From Nitrososphaeria archaeon (GTDB lineage Archaea > Thermoproteota > Nitrososphaeria > JACIWG01): a DNA stretch of 64,000 bases. The stretch covers positions 1 to 64,000 of the forward strand of contig JBEKIG010000011.1 in NCBI GenBank assembly GCA_050011875.1, in the 5' to 3' direction. Each line of letters begins with the position of its first letter. The stretch's first letter is position 1. The notes under the pieces were generated by a model, which made no database searches, was not told the DNA's origin, and saw only the letters and a list, made by a program, of their open reading frames with translations. Position numbers and translations under genes: made by a program. Below are positions 1 through 10,669 of this stretch, piece by piece.

Positions 1-1
1 T

Positions 2-562
2 ATCTTAGGAGTTGTCGGAAGCCCAAGAATTGGAGGAAATACAGAATTATTCGTAAATGAAGCATTGAAGGCTGCTGAAGGGGAAGGCGCTAAAGTAGAA
101 CTTGTAAGACTTGCCGACAAGCAAATTGCACCATGCATGGCATGCAGGTCCTGTAAGACAACAAAACGCTGCAAAACAAAAGATGATTTCGACGAAATAT
201 ACCAGAAGATGACAAAATCAGACGGCATCATCCTATCTTCACCCGTATATTCCGGCTCTGCAACACCCCAGATTATGTCGCTGATAGATAGGGCAGGACA
301 AATATCAGGTCGAAACGGCAGAGTGTTTGAAAACAAGGTTGGAGGCGCAATGGTTGTAGCTAGGAGGGCTGGACAAAACTTCACCTTCGCCCAGCTTCTG
401 TTCTTCTTCTTAGGTCAAGGGATGATAGTGCCCGGTTCCACGTACTGGAATATCGCTTTTGGAGAAGAGAAGGGAGAAGTGACAGGGGATGAGGAAGGGA
501 TGCTGACAGCTAGAAATTTTGGGAAAAAGATGGTTTGGCTGATAAAGAAAATCAAAAATTAG
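2..562 (+). CDS. Iron-sulfur flavoprotein / flavodoxin family protein (5' end lies before the window)
   Basis: Frame open from nt 2 (ILGVVGSPRIGGNTE...); CxxCxxCx5C cluster motif (CMACRSCKTTKRC); SPVY FMN-binding motif; VARRAG motif. Confidence 0.88.
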   Translation: MLGVVGSPRIGGNTELFVNEALKAAEGEGAKVELVRLADKQIAPCMACRSCKTTKRCKTKDDFDEIYQKMTKSDGIILSSPVYSGSATPQIMSLIDRAGQISGRNGRVFENKVGGAMVVARRAGQNFTFAQLLFFFLGQGMIVPGSTYWNIAFGEEKGEVTGDEEGMLTARNFGKKMVWLIKKIKN

Positions 563-762
563 ATTCCTGAGGGTTTTCTAGTCTTGAGACCATCCTACAA
601 GTTAATCTTTATTTTCGACTGTGCACATATGAATATTAATTGTAGGCGGGAAGGCAACAAGACATTGGTTCACGTTATCAATATATGACGAAGCGTAATA
701 TGACCAGCATGGTTATTGTGTGAGAAGCTGCATGGTTTCGGATAGCCTGAAGTTCCTCGAGT

Positions 763-2571
763 TCAACTTTGCCCTCTTTCCAGTGTCTCTTTCGCTTTGT
801 TCTTCGTCCTTCCGATGCTTCTACTGGGGGATTTAGACGCGTCAGTCTTGACTGTAGAAATCATCTCCGAGGCTCTGCCTGAAGAAATCTGCGCCTTGGC
901 TGGAGCTTCTCCGAGTGCGACATCGTAAATGTACCTCTTTCCCCTGAGAAGAGACGCGATGGCTGCAACGCCTGATAGCCCAGCACTCACGTAGAATGCA
1001 CTTTGTAACGAAGACATGAAGGCCTTGGCAATCGCGTTTGGGAACCATTGCAACCCAGTCAGGGTGCTGAGTGCCTGGTTGCTCAGTGTTGCTGCAATGC
1101 TGTGCGGCAGCTGGGCTATGATTGACGCAACAGGATTGTAGCCCAAGAAGGCTGAGAAGAGCGATTCAGTTGGTGAGAGTGATGTGAAGTACTGAATCAG
1201 CTGGGGCGCACCTGCCTCTGTTAGAGAGGAAGCGAATGCCGCTGGAAGGCCGTTCGAAAGCGAAACCACGATGACTGCGAAGAAGATCGCGATGCTGGCC
1301 ATCATTCCCGTATTCTGCATCGTGGTTATCATCCCCGCAGCTGATCCCCTGTTCTCTGGCGGAACCGAGTTCATTATCGACGCTGTGTTGGGCGACGCGA
1401 ACATCCCCATCCCGAAGCCCTGCACGTATATCAGCACCGCAAACTCGAGATAGCTGAAGTTGTAGGGAAGGGTTGCCAGGCCAATGAATGTTCCAGCGGT
1501 AATAATCAAGCCAAGTGTCGACAGACCCCTCGCGCCGTACTTGTCCGATAGGGCTCCACTGATTGGCCCCATGGTTACGAACCCAGCGGAGAGGGGAAGC
1601 AGGTAAATTCCAGCCCAGAAGGGCGTATCGATGTAATTAATCCCATGCAGCGGAAGCCAGATTCCCTGCAGCAGTATGCTGAGCATGATCATCACCCCGC
1701 CCCTCGCTATTGAAGCAAGAAAACCAGCGAATATCCCGGCGAAGAAGGTTCGAATCCTGAACAGGTTTAGCCTGAACATGGGGTACGCCACCTTACTTTC
1801 CACGAAGGGAAACACCACGAGCAGTGCACTTCCTGATATTAAACCAGCGATTACGTACGGGTCGGACCAACCCATCGTTGCCGAGCCGTAAGGAAGCAAT
1901 CCATACGTGAGAGATATTAGAAGCACAGTTAGGCCAGCGGCGAAGGTAAGGTTACCCCACACGTCTATCCTCTCTCCCCTGCTTACAGTGCCCAACTCCT
2001 TCAACTTCCAGTAGGACCATATCGCGCCTAAGATTCCCACCGGGACGCTGACCAAGAAGACGAGCCTCCAGTCTATCGTCGCTAGGGTACCGCCTAGGAC
2101 GAGGCCTATGAACGAGCCTGCCAGAGCTGCAATCTGGTTTATTCCGAGGGCCTTGCCTCGTTCATTCGGAGGAAAGGCATCCGTTATTATCGCTGCACTG
2201 TTAGAGAACAAGAAGGCGGCTCCGACCCCCTGAATTATTCGGAAGAAGATCAGCTCTAGCGCGCCAAGGCTCCCGGTATTTGGGGTGAGGTAAAGGAGGA
2301 CAGAACCGAAAGCGAATATGGCGAACCCGATGTTGTAAAACCTGACCCTTCCGTAGATGTCCGAAATTCGTCCGAATGACACCAAAAGGGTCGCGGTGAC
2401 GATCATATAACCAAAGAGAATCCAGAGGAGATATTGGAAGGATGTCAGCGGATTCAGCTGTATCCCACGGAATATGGCTGGGAGAGCAATCAATACTATC
2501 GTGCCGTCTATCGAGGCCATCATGACCCCGAGCGTGGTGTTGGATAGAGCGACCCACTTGTATTCTACCGT
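763..2571 (-). CDS. MFS transporter, DHA2/EmrB-QacA-like (archaeal type)
   Basis: Many hydrophobic helices; MFS motif A ([21 protein letters not shown]); frame extends 16 codons upstream of the track's ATG (2523) to the family-typical N-terminus [14 protein letters not shown]. Confidence 0.9.
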   Translation of the reverse strand, partial: TVEYKWVALSNTTLGVMMASIDGTIVLIALPAIFRGIQLNPLTSFQYLLWILFGYMIVTATLLVSFGRISDIYGRVRFYNIGFAIFAFGSVLLYLTPNTGSLGALELIFFRIIQGVGAAFLFSNSAAIITDAFPPNERGKALGINQIAALAGSFIGLVLGGTLATIDWRLVFLVSVPVGILGAIWSYWKLKELGTVSRGERIDVWGNLTFAAGLTVLLISLTYGLLPYGSATMGWSDPYVIAGLISGSALLVVFPFVESKVAYPMFRLNLFRIRTFFAGIFAGFLASIARGGVMIMLSILLQGIWLPLHGINYIDTPFWAGIYLLPLSAGFVTMGPISGALSDKYGARGLSTLGLIITAGTFIGLATLPYNFSYLEFAVLIYVQGFGMGMFASPNTASIMNSVPPENRGSAAGMITTMQNTGMMASIAIFFAVIVVSLSNGLPAAFASSLTEAGAPQLIQYFTSLSPTESLFSAFLGYNPVASIIAQLPHSIAATLSNQALSTLTGLQWFPNAIAKAFMSSLQSAFYVSAGLSGVAAIASLLRGKRYIYDVALGEAPAKAQISSGRASEMISTVKTDASKSPSRSIGRTKNKAKETLERGQS

Positions 2572-2766
2572 TCAGTTTACACCTCTGGTTCAATCAAGCA
2601 GGGGCTGATGTGCATAACCCGCTAGCTGCGATATAACGTGCGTTCAAAGAAACTGAGCGTCAGGTTCCACGTATCTTTTGCGGCTTCCACGGATCCTCGT
2701 GTGCCGCCGAAAGTGATCATCTCGGAGATTATACTGCTTACATTCAAGATACAGCCACATGGAACC

Positions 2767-2790
2767 GTTAATGCGTTAACTATTTATACT
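2767..2790. promoter_or_regulatory. Putative MarR operator (GTTAA-N4-TTAAC) adjacent to a TATA-like box (TTTATA)
   Basis: Inverted repeat gttaatgcgttaac followed by tatttatact, about 25 nt upstream of the likely marR GTG start, in the divergent MFS/marR spacer. Confidence 0.45.
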
Positions 2791-2811
2791 TTGATTAACT
2801 TCTTAAAAAAC

Positions 2812-3288
2812 GTGCTAAAGCGAGCAAAACAGACCGGACATCATAACGAGACATACGATGCCGTCATAGCGGCGTTCAAGGCAATGCAACATAGCATCGC
2901 TGAGTTGCTCTCCGAGGAGGGTCTGACTCAGCCGCAGTTCATCACGCTAAGTGTAATTGCAAAGAATGGGTCAATGCCGATGAGGGGGATAAGCGATGAG
3001 ATGCTTGTTACTCCTGCCAACATCACCGGGATAATAGACAGACTCGAGCACAAAGGGCTCATCAAGAGGATGGCGCGTCCAGGGGACAGGAGGGCCACCA
3101 TCATAGATCTCACCCATGAAGGGAGAACAATGCAGGAAAGAGTGGCCTTAAGATATAGCGAGTTCATGCAGAAGGCTCTCCAAGCGTTCACGATGGACGA
3201 ACAAAAGACCCTCCGTCATCTCCTCGAGAAGCTTCAGCAGGAGATGTCCCGGTTGAGGGGGATGGGATGTAAGGTGTACCGAGCATGA
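2812..3288 (+). CDS. MarR family transcriptional regulator
   Basis: LTQPQFITL...ITGIIDRLEHKGLIKR...DRRATIIDLT wHTH signature; likely start GTG at 2812 (track ORF starts at 2638); ATGA overlap with the next gene. Confidence 0.9.
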   Translation: MLKRAKQTGHHNETYDAVIAAFKAMQHSIAELLSEEGLTQPQFITLSVIAKNGSMPMRGISDEMLVTPANITGIIDRLEHKGLIKRMARPGDRRATIIDLTHEGRTMQERVALRYSEFMQKALQAFTMDEQKTLRHLLEKLQQEMSRLRGMGCKVYRA

Positions 3289-4907
3289 AGACAGTCCTCA
3301 TACGTCCGTCGAACCCGGGCGGGAGCGCCTATCTCACGGAATTTGGCTTCCTGCCCGCGCCCCTCGGTCTGCTCCAGCTCGCGGGCTCCCTCCTTACACT
3401 TGATGATTCCCAAGTCAAGATTATCGACATGGAGGCTGACAAGGAGAAGACGGTTGAAGATGCCGTAAAGGAGACACTGAGGTTCAAGCCGGACATCGTT
3501 GGCCTGACGATCCACGCGACCGCGGCCCATGTAACCTCGACGGCGATAGCCAAGAGGGTGAAGGAAGACAGTGAGGACACACTGCTTGTTGCGGGAGGCC
3601 ACCACGCGACCTTCGTTCCTTACGAGCTCCTCAGGAACGGCTTCGATGTGGTTGTGCTTGGAGAGGGAGATCAGACCATAATTGAGGTAGCCAAGGTACT
3701 GCGAGATGCAGGAAGGTTCGACGAGATACCCGGGATAGTCTTCAACAGAAAGCAAGACGGGAAGACTGGCATTGCACAGACTATGCCGAGGGCGCTCATA
3801 CTGAACTTGGACATGTTGCCGTTTCCTGCCCTCCACCTCGTCAAGAAAGAGCCTTACACGTTCAAGGTGTTCGGCAAGGGTAGCGTTGCCTGTCTTGAGA
3901 CAGCCAGAGGCTGCCCGTATGCGTGCGACTTCTGCTCCGTCACTCCAACCTGGGGTCACAAGTGGAGGAATAAGTCAAATAAGAGGATACTCATGGAGCT
4001 CGAATTAGCGAAGAAGTGGGGATACGACTGGATATTTTTCACGGATGACATCTTCGTCGTCTACCCAAACGTAGAACAGAGGATGGCCCTCTTCAATGCT
4101 ATGATAGAGAAAGGCTACGACAGGTTCAAGTGGCTTGTCCAGATGAGGGCAGACGTAACAGCAAAGAACCCCGAGCTGATAAGGAGGGGTGCCCAGGCAG
4201 GAATGCGCTTCGCCTTCCTCGGCATAGAGTCCGGGAGCCAAGAGACTCTCAAGAAGATGCACAAAGGTCTCCTCACGCCCCAGTCGGTCAAGGCCGTGAG
4301 GACACTTAGCGAGAACGGAGTTATCGTTCTCGTCGGAATGATGCTCGGGGCACCATACGAGAGTTTCAGGGATATGTGCACGACAGTGAAGTTCTCTCAT
4401 GAGCTCGCTGACAACGGCGCCGATGCAGTCCAATTCACGATCTACACTCCTCTGCCTGGTACGAGGATCTTCGACGACGCGCTGAAGAATGACAGGCTCT
4501 TCTCACTCGACTGGAGCAGGTACGACGTCTCGACGCCCGTCATGAAGACGAAGGTCAACCCTGCAATCATAAAAATGCTTGAGTTCTACGGCAACTATTC
4601 ATTCTATGTGCAGAAGTGGATAAAGGGGAAGCTCAGACGTGATTCCGAAAACAGGGTAAAAAGATTCAAGCGCGACCTGACCGTGAACGCCCAGAGTTTC
4701 ATCCTCAGTATGATGCCAACGTACCTCAAGGACATAGTCAAGTTCCCGGCGGAACTGATGAGGACACATCGACTTTACACGTCGCTGAGGGATATAGCAG
4801 GTGTCTCAAAAGATGCGATTGAGGAGCTCAGGGAGTTCTCAAACAAGGTCATCTACCTTGAGACGGGAGGGAAGAACCCCTACTTCCTCATCAAGGAAGC
4901 GGAATGA
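3285..4907 (+). CDS. Cobalamin-binding radical SAM protein (class B methyltransferase-like architecture)
   Basis: N-terminal B12-binding domain (PLGLLQLAG, GGHHATF, VVLGEGD); CxxxCxxC in RGCPYACDFC; GIESG and TPLPGT motifs. Confidence 0.88.
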   Translation: MKTVLIRPSNPGGSAYLTEFGFLPAPLGLLQLAGSLLTLDDSQVKIIDMEADKEKTVEDAVKETLRFKPDIVGLTIHATAAHVTSTAIAKRVKEDSEDTLLVAGGHHATFVPYELLRNGFDVVVLGEGDQTIIEVAKVLRDAGRFDEIPGIVFNRKQDGKTGIAQTMPRALILNLDMLPFPALHLVKKEPYTFKVFGKGSVACLETARGCPYACDFCSVTPTWGHKWRNKSNKRILMELELAKKWGYDWIFFTDDIFVVYPNVEQRMALFNAMIEKGYDRFKWLVQMRADVTAKNPELIRRGAQAGMRFAFLGIESGSQETLKKMHKGLLTPQSVKAVRTLSENGVIVLVGMMLGAPYESFRDMCTTVKFSHELADNGADAVQFTIYTPLPGTRIFDDALKNDRLFSLDWSRYDVSTPVMKTKVNPAIIKMLEFYGNYSFYVQKWIKGKLRRDSENRVKRFKRDLTVNAQSFILSMMPTYLKDIVKFPAELMRTHRLYTSLRDIAGVSKDAIEELREFSNKVIYLETGGKNPYFLIKEAE

Positions 4908-6631
4908 GGGTAGGCAGGCTGATTTCTATGCCAAGACATAGGTTTCTCCTGGTCTCTGATACAACACTCACACACGACTACAGAAACTTCCCGCTGCTGG
5001 ATTTCCTGCCATGCGCCCCCGTAAATAAAGTCCCGAGAATAATCTACTCGTTCCTCAAGGGGAACGCTCCCCCCGTCCTTCCAGACGGGCAGGCAGCTCT
5101 TGCCCCCTATTCCATAAGAAAGATAGAAGCAGCATTGCTGAAGGGGTTCTCGGAGAGAGACGTAGCGGTGCCCCATGAGGGCCACCTCGAGAAGTTCATC
5201 ACGCCGGAGACCGAAGTGATAGCTGTCAGCACAATGGACCCCCTAGGTCTTGGACCACTCACGATGTCTTACACCGTGCTCTTCAGCTCCCCAGACCATA
5301 CAGCATGGGTCAGGAGGGAGTTCGAGGAACTGATAGCTAGGATAAACAAAGCTAGAGCAGCGGTAGGCTCAAAGGCGAAGCTTATCATAGGCGGTCCTGG
5401 GGTGTGGGAGTTCACTGTCATGCCTGATGAGCTTGACAGGCTGGGCGTTGACTACGCCTTTCAAGGCGAGACGGACGACATCACGTGCGAGCTGTTCGAA
5501 GAGATAGCGGACGGGTCTCCAAAGGGCGGCCAAGGTGTAAACCTCTTCAGGGGATTTCAGACCTTCGATTCCGGCTTCCACAAATCGTGGATAGAGCATG
5601 AGAAGTTCCTGACACGCGCGAGGTTCTCCAAACAAACTCCAACGCTCGAGGAGATCCCCGAGATAAGGAGGCCGGCAGTGAAGTCGATGGTTGAGATAAT
5701 GAGGGGTTGCGGGATAGGCTGCGACTTCTGCGAGGTGACTCTCAGGCCCCTGCGGTACTATCCTTACGAGAAGATCCAGAAAGAGATCGAGGTGAACGTC
5801 AAGCAGGGGGGATTCACCAACGCTTGGCTCCACACCGATGAAGTCTTCACGTATCAGCACGGCCGGAACTTCGAGCCCAACTTCGAGGCCCTGACGGGTC
5901 TCTTCAAGGCTGTCATGTCAGTCAGGGGGATTGCACAGACTAACCCTACCCACGGAAGGATTTCCATACCTGCTGCGTATCCCGACCTCATGAGGAGACT
6001 GTCGGAGATCGTAAGAGCAGGTCCTTCCAACTGGATAGGATTGCAGGTAGGGATAGAGACTGGAAGCGAGAGCCTCGCAAAGTTGCACATGCAAAACAAG
6101 ACTCTCCCCATAAAGATGGGGCCAGACGGCTCCTGGCCCGATATAGTCTGGCAGGGGGTTTATGTGATGAACAAGTACTACTGGAGGCCAGCCTTTACAG
6201 TTCAGGTGGGCCAGCTGGGTGAGACACCGGAGGACAACTGGGAGACGGTTGCCCTTATAAACTGGCTGAGCAACTCAAGACTGGACAATGGCAGGCCGTT
6301 CGAATTCACCGTAACGCCGATGCAGAACATGCCCATCGGAATGATGAAGAACATGGACTTCAGGTCGAAGAAGCTGGATGAATCCCAGCTTGCCGTCTAC
6401 TACGCATCGTACCGCCATCTTGCCAAGGTGGCCGCGAGGGATGCCTTGAAGGACAGCAGCGGAGGCACCCTGACCAGGTACGGAATCGCTGCGCTCATAG
6501 CCCTAGGAGGGAGGGCAATGCTGGGGGTCGTCTCTGCCATATGCAGAAAAAGGGGCCTTGACCTTGAGAGTATCGCGAGGCACGGCCTCGAGCGCGGAAT
6601 GAGGCGGGCTCCGACGCTGAGGGCCCTCTGA
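4904..6631 (+). CDS. Radical SAM protein resembling the GDGT ring synthase (GrsA/GrsB) family
   Basis: APYSIRKIEAALL and STMDPLGLGP N-terminal motifs recalled from Grs-family proteins; VEIMRGCGIGCDFC radical SAM motif; QVGIETGS. Confidence 0.7.
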   Translation: MRVGRLISMPRHRFLLVSDTTLTHDYRNFPLLDFLPCAPVNKVPRIIYSFLKGNAPPVLPDGQAALAPYSIRKIEAALLKGFSERDVAVPHEGHLEKFITPETEVIAVSTMDPLGLGPLTMSYTVLFSSPDHTAWVRREFEELIARINKARAAVGSKAKLIIGGPGVWEFTVMPDELDRLGVDYAFQGETDDITCELFEEIADGSPKGGQGVNLFRGFQTFDSGFHKSWIEHEKFLTRARFSKQTPTLEEIPEIRRPAVKSMVEIMRGCGIGCDFCEVTLRPLRYYPYEKIQKEIEVNVKQGGFTNAWLHTDEVFTYQHGRNFEPNFEALTGLFKAVMSVRGIAQTNPTHGRISIPAAYPDLMRRLSEIVRAGPSNWIGLQVGIETGSESLAKLHMQNKTLPIKMGPDGSWPDIVWQGVYVMNKYYWRPAFTVQVGQLGETPEDNWETVALINWLSNSRLDNGRPFEFTVTPMQNMPIGMMKNMDFRSKKLDESQLAVYYASYRHLAKVAARDALKDSSGGTLTRYGIAALIALGGRAMLGVVSAICRKRGLDLESIARHGLERGMRRAPTLRAL

Positions 6632-6767
6632 GTTGGCAGAGGTCTTGCTAGCAGCTGCTTGAAATCTGTATCTTCTGTATCTCATGGTGCCGGCCTTATT
6701 AACGGGAAAAGTATCAAACATAAGGAAGAGGTATTACGTTTAATTACTTTAAATTTCATTACCTATC

Positions 6768-6956
6768 TCATTTAATAAGTCTTTGAACCTCACTTGCTTC
6801 AATTCTCAGTAATCCTGATGGGAACTTTATAACATGAAGCTGTCCTTTTTTTATCCATAGGTAGACTATCTTATTCGATATACCAAGTAATCTTGCAACT
6901 TCATTAATCTTATACAAACCAGTAGACATTCCTGCACTAGATATGTAGAAGTACAA
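6768..6956 (-). CDS. Small helix-turn-helix protein (excisionase/MerR-like HTH_17)
   Basis: YKINEVARLLGISNKIVYLWIKKGQL...PSGLLRIEASEVQRL. Confidence 0.7.
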   Translation of the reverse strand: MYFYISSAGMSTGLYKINEVARLLGISNKIVYLWIKKGQLHVIKFPSGLLRIEASEVQRLIK

Positions 6957-6990
6957 AGTTTTTATAGCGAATAGTTGAAATTTCGTTAAC

Positions 6991-7548
6991 GTGGCCAGAT
7001 GCGATTATTGTGGAGAAGAAGTAGAATTTCCTTTCAAATGTAATTACTGCGGCTTATACCTGTGTGGAGACCATAGGCTTCCACCTTCACATAATTGCAT
7101 AAACATTAAGGCTTGGCAAACTAGGTCCCCACCTAAAATATCGATAGAAACTAGAAAGTATTCTGAATCTGTTGTTTATTCAACAATCCAATTACTATCA
7201 CAGGCAATTAGGCTCCCTTCTTTCATAATAGCGGTAATATTATCCGTCATTGTATTGTTTTTGATGTTTGCGCTAGGAAATCCCATAATATATGGAGCTC
7301 TCGCACTACACTATATCCCTGAAGTGTTTGCCTTATTCTTTTTTGGCAGATGGTTCAAAGAAATCGGTTTTCCATGGCACTTTATACTCTTGATATGCGT
7401 ACTTGGTGCAGTTTTAGCATCGATTGGCTTAAGAAATTTTTATGCAATAATTCCTGCGATAATCTTGCTTCTGTTCATAGTCTTAGGTTTTATGGTCTCA
7501 AAGCAAAAAGTAAACATTTTTGGTACACATCTCGGTATATTCTCTTAG
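6991..7548 (+). CDS. AN1-type zinc finger protein with C-terminal transmembrane helices
   Basis: CDYCG...PFKCNYCG..LCGDHRLPPSHNC, followed by about four hydrophobic segments. Confidence 0.75.
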   Translation: MARCDYCGEEVEFPFKCNYCGLYLCGDHRLPPSHNCINIKAWQTRSPPKISIETRKYSESVVYSTIQLLSQAIRLPSFIIAVILSVIVLFLMFALGNPIIYGALALHYIPEVFALFFFGRWFKEIGFPWHFILLICVLGAVLASIGLRNFYAIIPAIILLLFIVLGFMVSKQKVNIFGTHLGIFS

Positions 7549-7706
7549 GTTAATTTGCTAATGGTCTCCTTTGTTGGATAAGCCTACATTGAACAACGTG
7601 TGCAACATAGAGCGCGCTAGCGGTTAGAACAGTGGCGAGGGCTTAGGAAAATATATAATGGCCCTCTAATGTGAGAAAGTTGACAATAATAGAGAGGTAG
7701 GAGACT

Positions 7707-8451
7707 GTGGGTTTCTCCAACGTTTACGAGGATGGTAAGCGCGCAGAAGCATATTCTAAGCTGGAGTTTCCGGGCACCTACTACTTAGCCTACAGGGATC
7801 TGCCCAAAATCATTCGTCGGTACGTCAGGGGAAGAAAAGCCATTGATTTTGGATGCGGCACTGGGCCGCTCCACGAGGTTTCTGGAGAAGCTGGGGTTTG
7901 ATGTTGTCGGCGTTGACGTATCAGAAGACATGCTGAAAAAGGCAAGAGAACTTCACCCCAAAGGAGACTATCGACTCACGAAGGACGATGACTTCAGCCA
8001 GTTCGAGAAAGAAGACTACGACCTCATTTTATCGGTTTTTACGTTCGATAACATTCCCACGATGCAGAACAAGGTCAAAATATTCACGCAACTTGGACGT
8101 TTGCTGAGAAACCAGGGAAGAATCATCAGCGTAGTCTCCTCACCAGAAATATACGTGCACGAATGGTCATCGTTCTCGACCAAGGATTTTCCAGAGAACA
8201 AACACGCAAAAAGCGGAGACACCGTAAAAATAATCCAGACAGACACAGAAGACAAGAGACCAGTAGAAGACATCATCTGGACAAACGAATCCTACAAAGA
8301 AACCTACAAAACATCCAGACTACAAATCATCAAGACCTACAAGCCACTTGCAAAGAGGAATGAACCACACAAATGGGTCAACGAAACGAAGATAGCCCCA
8401 TGGACCATATACGTGCTGAAGAAGCGCGCGTGCAGATCTACACACAACTAG
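7707..8451 (+). pseudogene. Class I SAM-dependent methyltransferase, frameshifted
   Basis: Motif I DFGCGTG (ORF 7707) continues as RSTRFLEKLGFDVVGVDVS in another frame (ORF 7843); removing one base at ~7863-7866 restores a single ORF. Confidence 0.8.
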
Positions 8452-8582
8452 TGGAGTTTGAAGGAGACGGGTACTGCTTGGCTACAGCTAGCAATATGGA
8501 AGAAGCAAAGAAGATCATAAAAGCAGGTTTTTAATACGTCTGTGACCACGGGAAAATGATGCTGTTCAGAAAACGAAAGTAG
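8433..8582 (+). pseudogene. C-terminal remnant of a tyrosine site-specific integrase
   Basis: Translates QIYTQLVEFEGDGYCLATASNMEEAKKIIKAGF*YVCDHGKMMLFRKRK*, matching the recalled C-terminus of Bathyarchaeia integrases (IYTQL...EEAKKLIEAGFEYV...LFRKRK); internal TAA. Confidence 0.75.
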
Positions 8583-8802
8583 AATAAAGCGTGCTCTATG
8601 CCAATATTAATTGAACATTCCTATTTTTTCCTTTCTTTCATTATTTACTTCTTCAAATGTTCTGTCTGCTTTTTCCTTTTCTTTAATGATTCGTATTCTA
8701 TCGTATATCTCACAGACATCTTTTTTTATCTGATTTTTCTTTTACTGCCTTTTATAATGTGTTAAAATATAGCCCGAAATATAACGCCTGTGAGGAAGCC
8801 AG

Positions 8803-9282
8803 ATGTTTAGAGACCGAGAAGAAATGCGCCATCGGCTACACGAGATAATCGAGAGGTTCCGTCAAAAAGGAGCTACAAGCCCAGAAAAAGCCATGACCAT
8901 CCAAGAGCTGGGTTTGCCGACACGTTTTGAAGAAGCTATGCATCGAAGACTTGGCCAATCAGGCATTTTTGTTGAAATAAACGGTAAATATTATCTGGAT
9001 GAAGAACGGCTTAAACAAATCCAAGAGCAACGTGCCAAAAGGGGGTCTGGAAACGGTGGAGGTGGCGTCTGGAGTAGAGCGGGCTCGCCCACCTGGTCCC
9101 GCGTTATCGGGATTTTGCTTATGCTGCCGATTGGTATCATCATCGCCCTTGTGTTGTTTTACTTTCTCGCTTTTAGGGGAGGAGGGTTCTTTCCAGGGGA
9201 ATTCCTTATCATTTTTTTGGTCATCTTCCTCGTGTTGTCTGTGGTCCGACTGCTGTTCTGGAGTTCGAGAAGGAGATATTAA
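8803..9282 (+). CDS. Hypothetical membrane protein (soluble N-terminal domain, two C-terminal TM helices)
   Basis: Clean ORF with GAGGA upstream; hydrophobic C-terminal hairpin ending in RRRY. Confidence 0.7.
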   Translation: MFRDREEMRHRLHEIIERFRQKGATSPEKAMTIQELGLPTRFEEAMHRRLGQSGIFVEINGKYYLDEERLKQIQEQRAKRGSGNGGGGVWSRAGSPTWSRVIGILLMLPIGIIIALVLFYFLAFRGGGFFPGEFLIIFLVIFLVLSVVRLLFWSSRRRY

Positions 9283-9446
9283 CGTGAGCAGTGAGGGAGA
9301 ACTGAGCAGCCCATAATAGTCTTCTAATGTAGAACTATCATCTTGTGCATGTCTAAAGCGAATAAGTTAACATTAAATGGAATTTGAGTAATTAGAATTG
9401 ATAATCTCTCGTAAAAGGTTCAAGTCCCTAAATGATGATTATAGGA

Positions 9447-9470
9447 TGCGGTGTCCGGGATTTGAACCCG
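9447..9470 (-). mobile_element. tRNA 3'-end fragment (tRNA-Gly-like), probable att-site remnant
   Basis: Minus strand reads CGGGTTCAAATCCCGGACACCGCA (T-arm, acceptor 3' strand, discriminator); no D or anticodon arm upstream. Confidence 0.6.
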
Positions 9471-9735
9471 AACGGGTATGTTACACAGTCAGAAATGATT
9501 CCGAGGGCCAGGTATTAACACAAATATTTGGGCTAATAGAGTTTGGCGATGGTAAGGTTAAGATCGTCAATCTAATACCTAAAGAAGGGGAATTGTTTGA
9601 TGTATAAAGCATTAGAAGGAAACAGTGAAGTCAGAAATTAAATCGCAGCAACAATTGCACATTCACTGCTTCAACTTAATGGTATTATTTCAAAGAACAA
9701 ATCTTAAGTTCTTATTTGTAGAATTACTATTACTT

Positions 9736-10646
9736 ATGTTGGAGAAAGACATTGAGAATCTACTTGTAATGTATCCCAGCAAGTTCTTTCCCAAACATGG
9801 CTTCACTGTTAAGGGGCAGCAGGTGATGTTAGACTCATATCGTGCTGACATCGTTTTTGAGGATGGAAAAGGAGATTTAGTTATCACTGAAGTCAAGCTC
9901 GGGATTCTTGATCGTGAAGCATTAGGTCAGGTTGTGCAGTATTATGGCCTTCTCAGTAAACAGAAACCTGATAAGAATATTCGCTTAATGCTTGTCGCCA
10001 ATATTATACCTGAAAGTATGAAGGTTTTTCCCAGTGAGATGGGTATAGAGTGCCATGAAATTCCGGTTTCAAAGATTATGGCTGTCGCTTCAAAGTATAA
10101 TTACCGGTTTTTGGATTCTGCAAAGCCAGAAATGTTGCAGACATACCAACAGGTCATTCAAAAAATGAATGTTGAAGCGGAAACTGCACAGCGTAGGGTT
10201 TGGATTTTTCAAGCTAACCCACATAGATATGATATTCTTAATGCTCTTGCAGATGAAGGCTTAACTGAAAAGGTTTGGCTCGTTAACCAATTGGTAAGCA
10301 AATTCACGCTGGGCACTTGGGTTTAATTTGGATGTCTGGAACGGAAGGTTGAATATATGGGGTTGTCGATATTATTTCAGATCCTCAAATGCTGGTTGAT
10401 TCAGAGCAATCAGCAAAATATTGGGTGGATCAGAAGGAGAAAGGGCAGTCGAGGTGGCGAGTTAAGATACGTTATAAATTAAAGCTTGAGAACAACCCTA
10501 TATTAAGGAAGGAGTTGAAGGATTTAGCTGGCTTGGAGAAAATGTCGATATTCAGGCAACCTCATGGAACGAATTTCCCTGTGACTAATGATGAGTGGAA
10601 GATAATCTTGGAAATTCTTAAAAGGAGATTCCAATTCAAGGAGTAA
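9736..10646 (+). pseudogene. NucS-like PD-(D/E)xK endonuclease fused to an EVE domain, disrupted
   Basis: EKDIENLL...RADIVFED...VITEVK nuclease motif; WIFQANP EVE start; frameshift at ~10291 (continues GKQIHAGHLGLIWMSG); in-frame TGA at 10350-10352; ends with QPHGTNFPVTNDEW. Confidence 0.78.
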
Positions 10647-10669
10647 ATCGCCCATCGTTCCAAACACGC

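Noticed and set aside
10283-10297. TTAACCAATTGGTAA at the EVE frameshift resembles the ACCAAATTGGT site family
   Set aside because: An exact match needs a hypothetical restored base, and the site lies in AT-rich coding sequence; chance cannot be excluded
10350-10352. In-frame TGA as selenocysteine or readthrough
   Set aside because: The position corresponds to an expected Gly (GGA to TGA) and the gene also has a frameshift about 60 nt upstream, so decay is simpler
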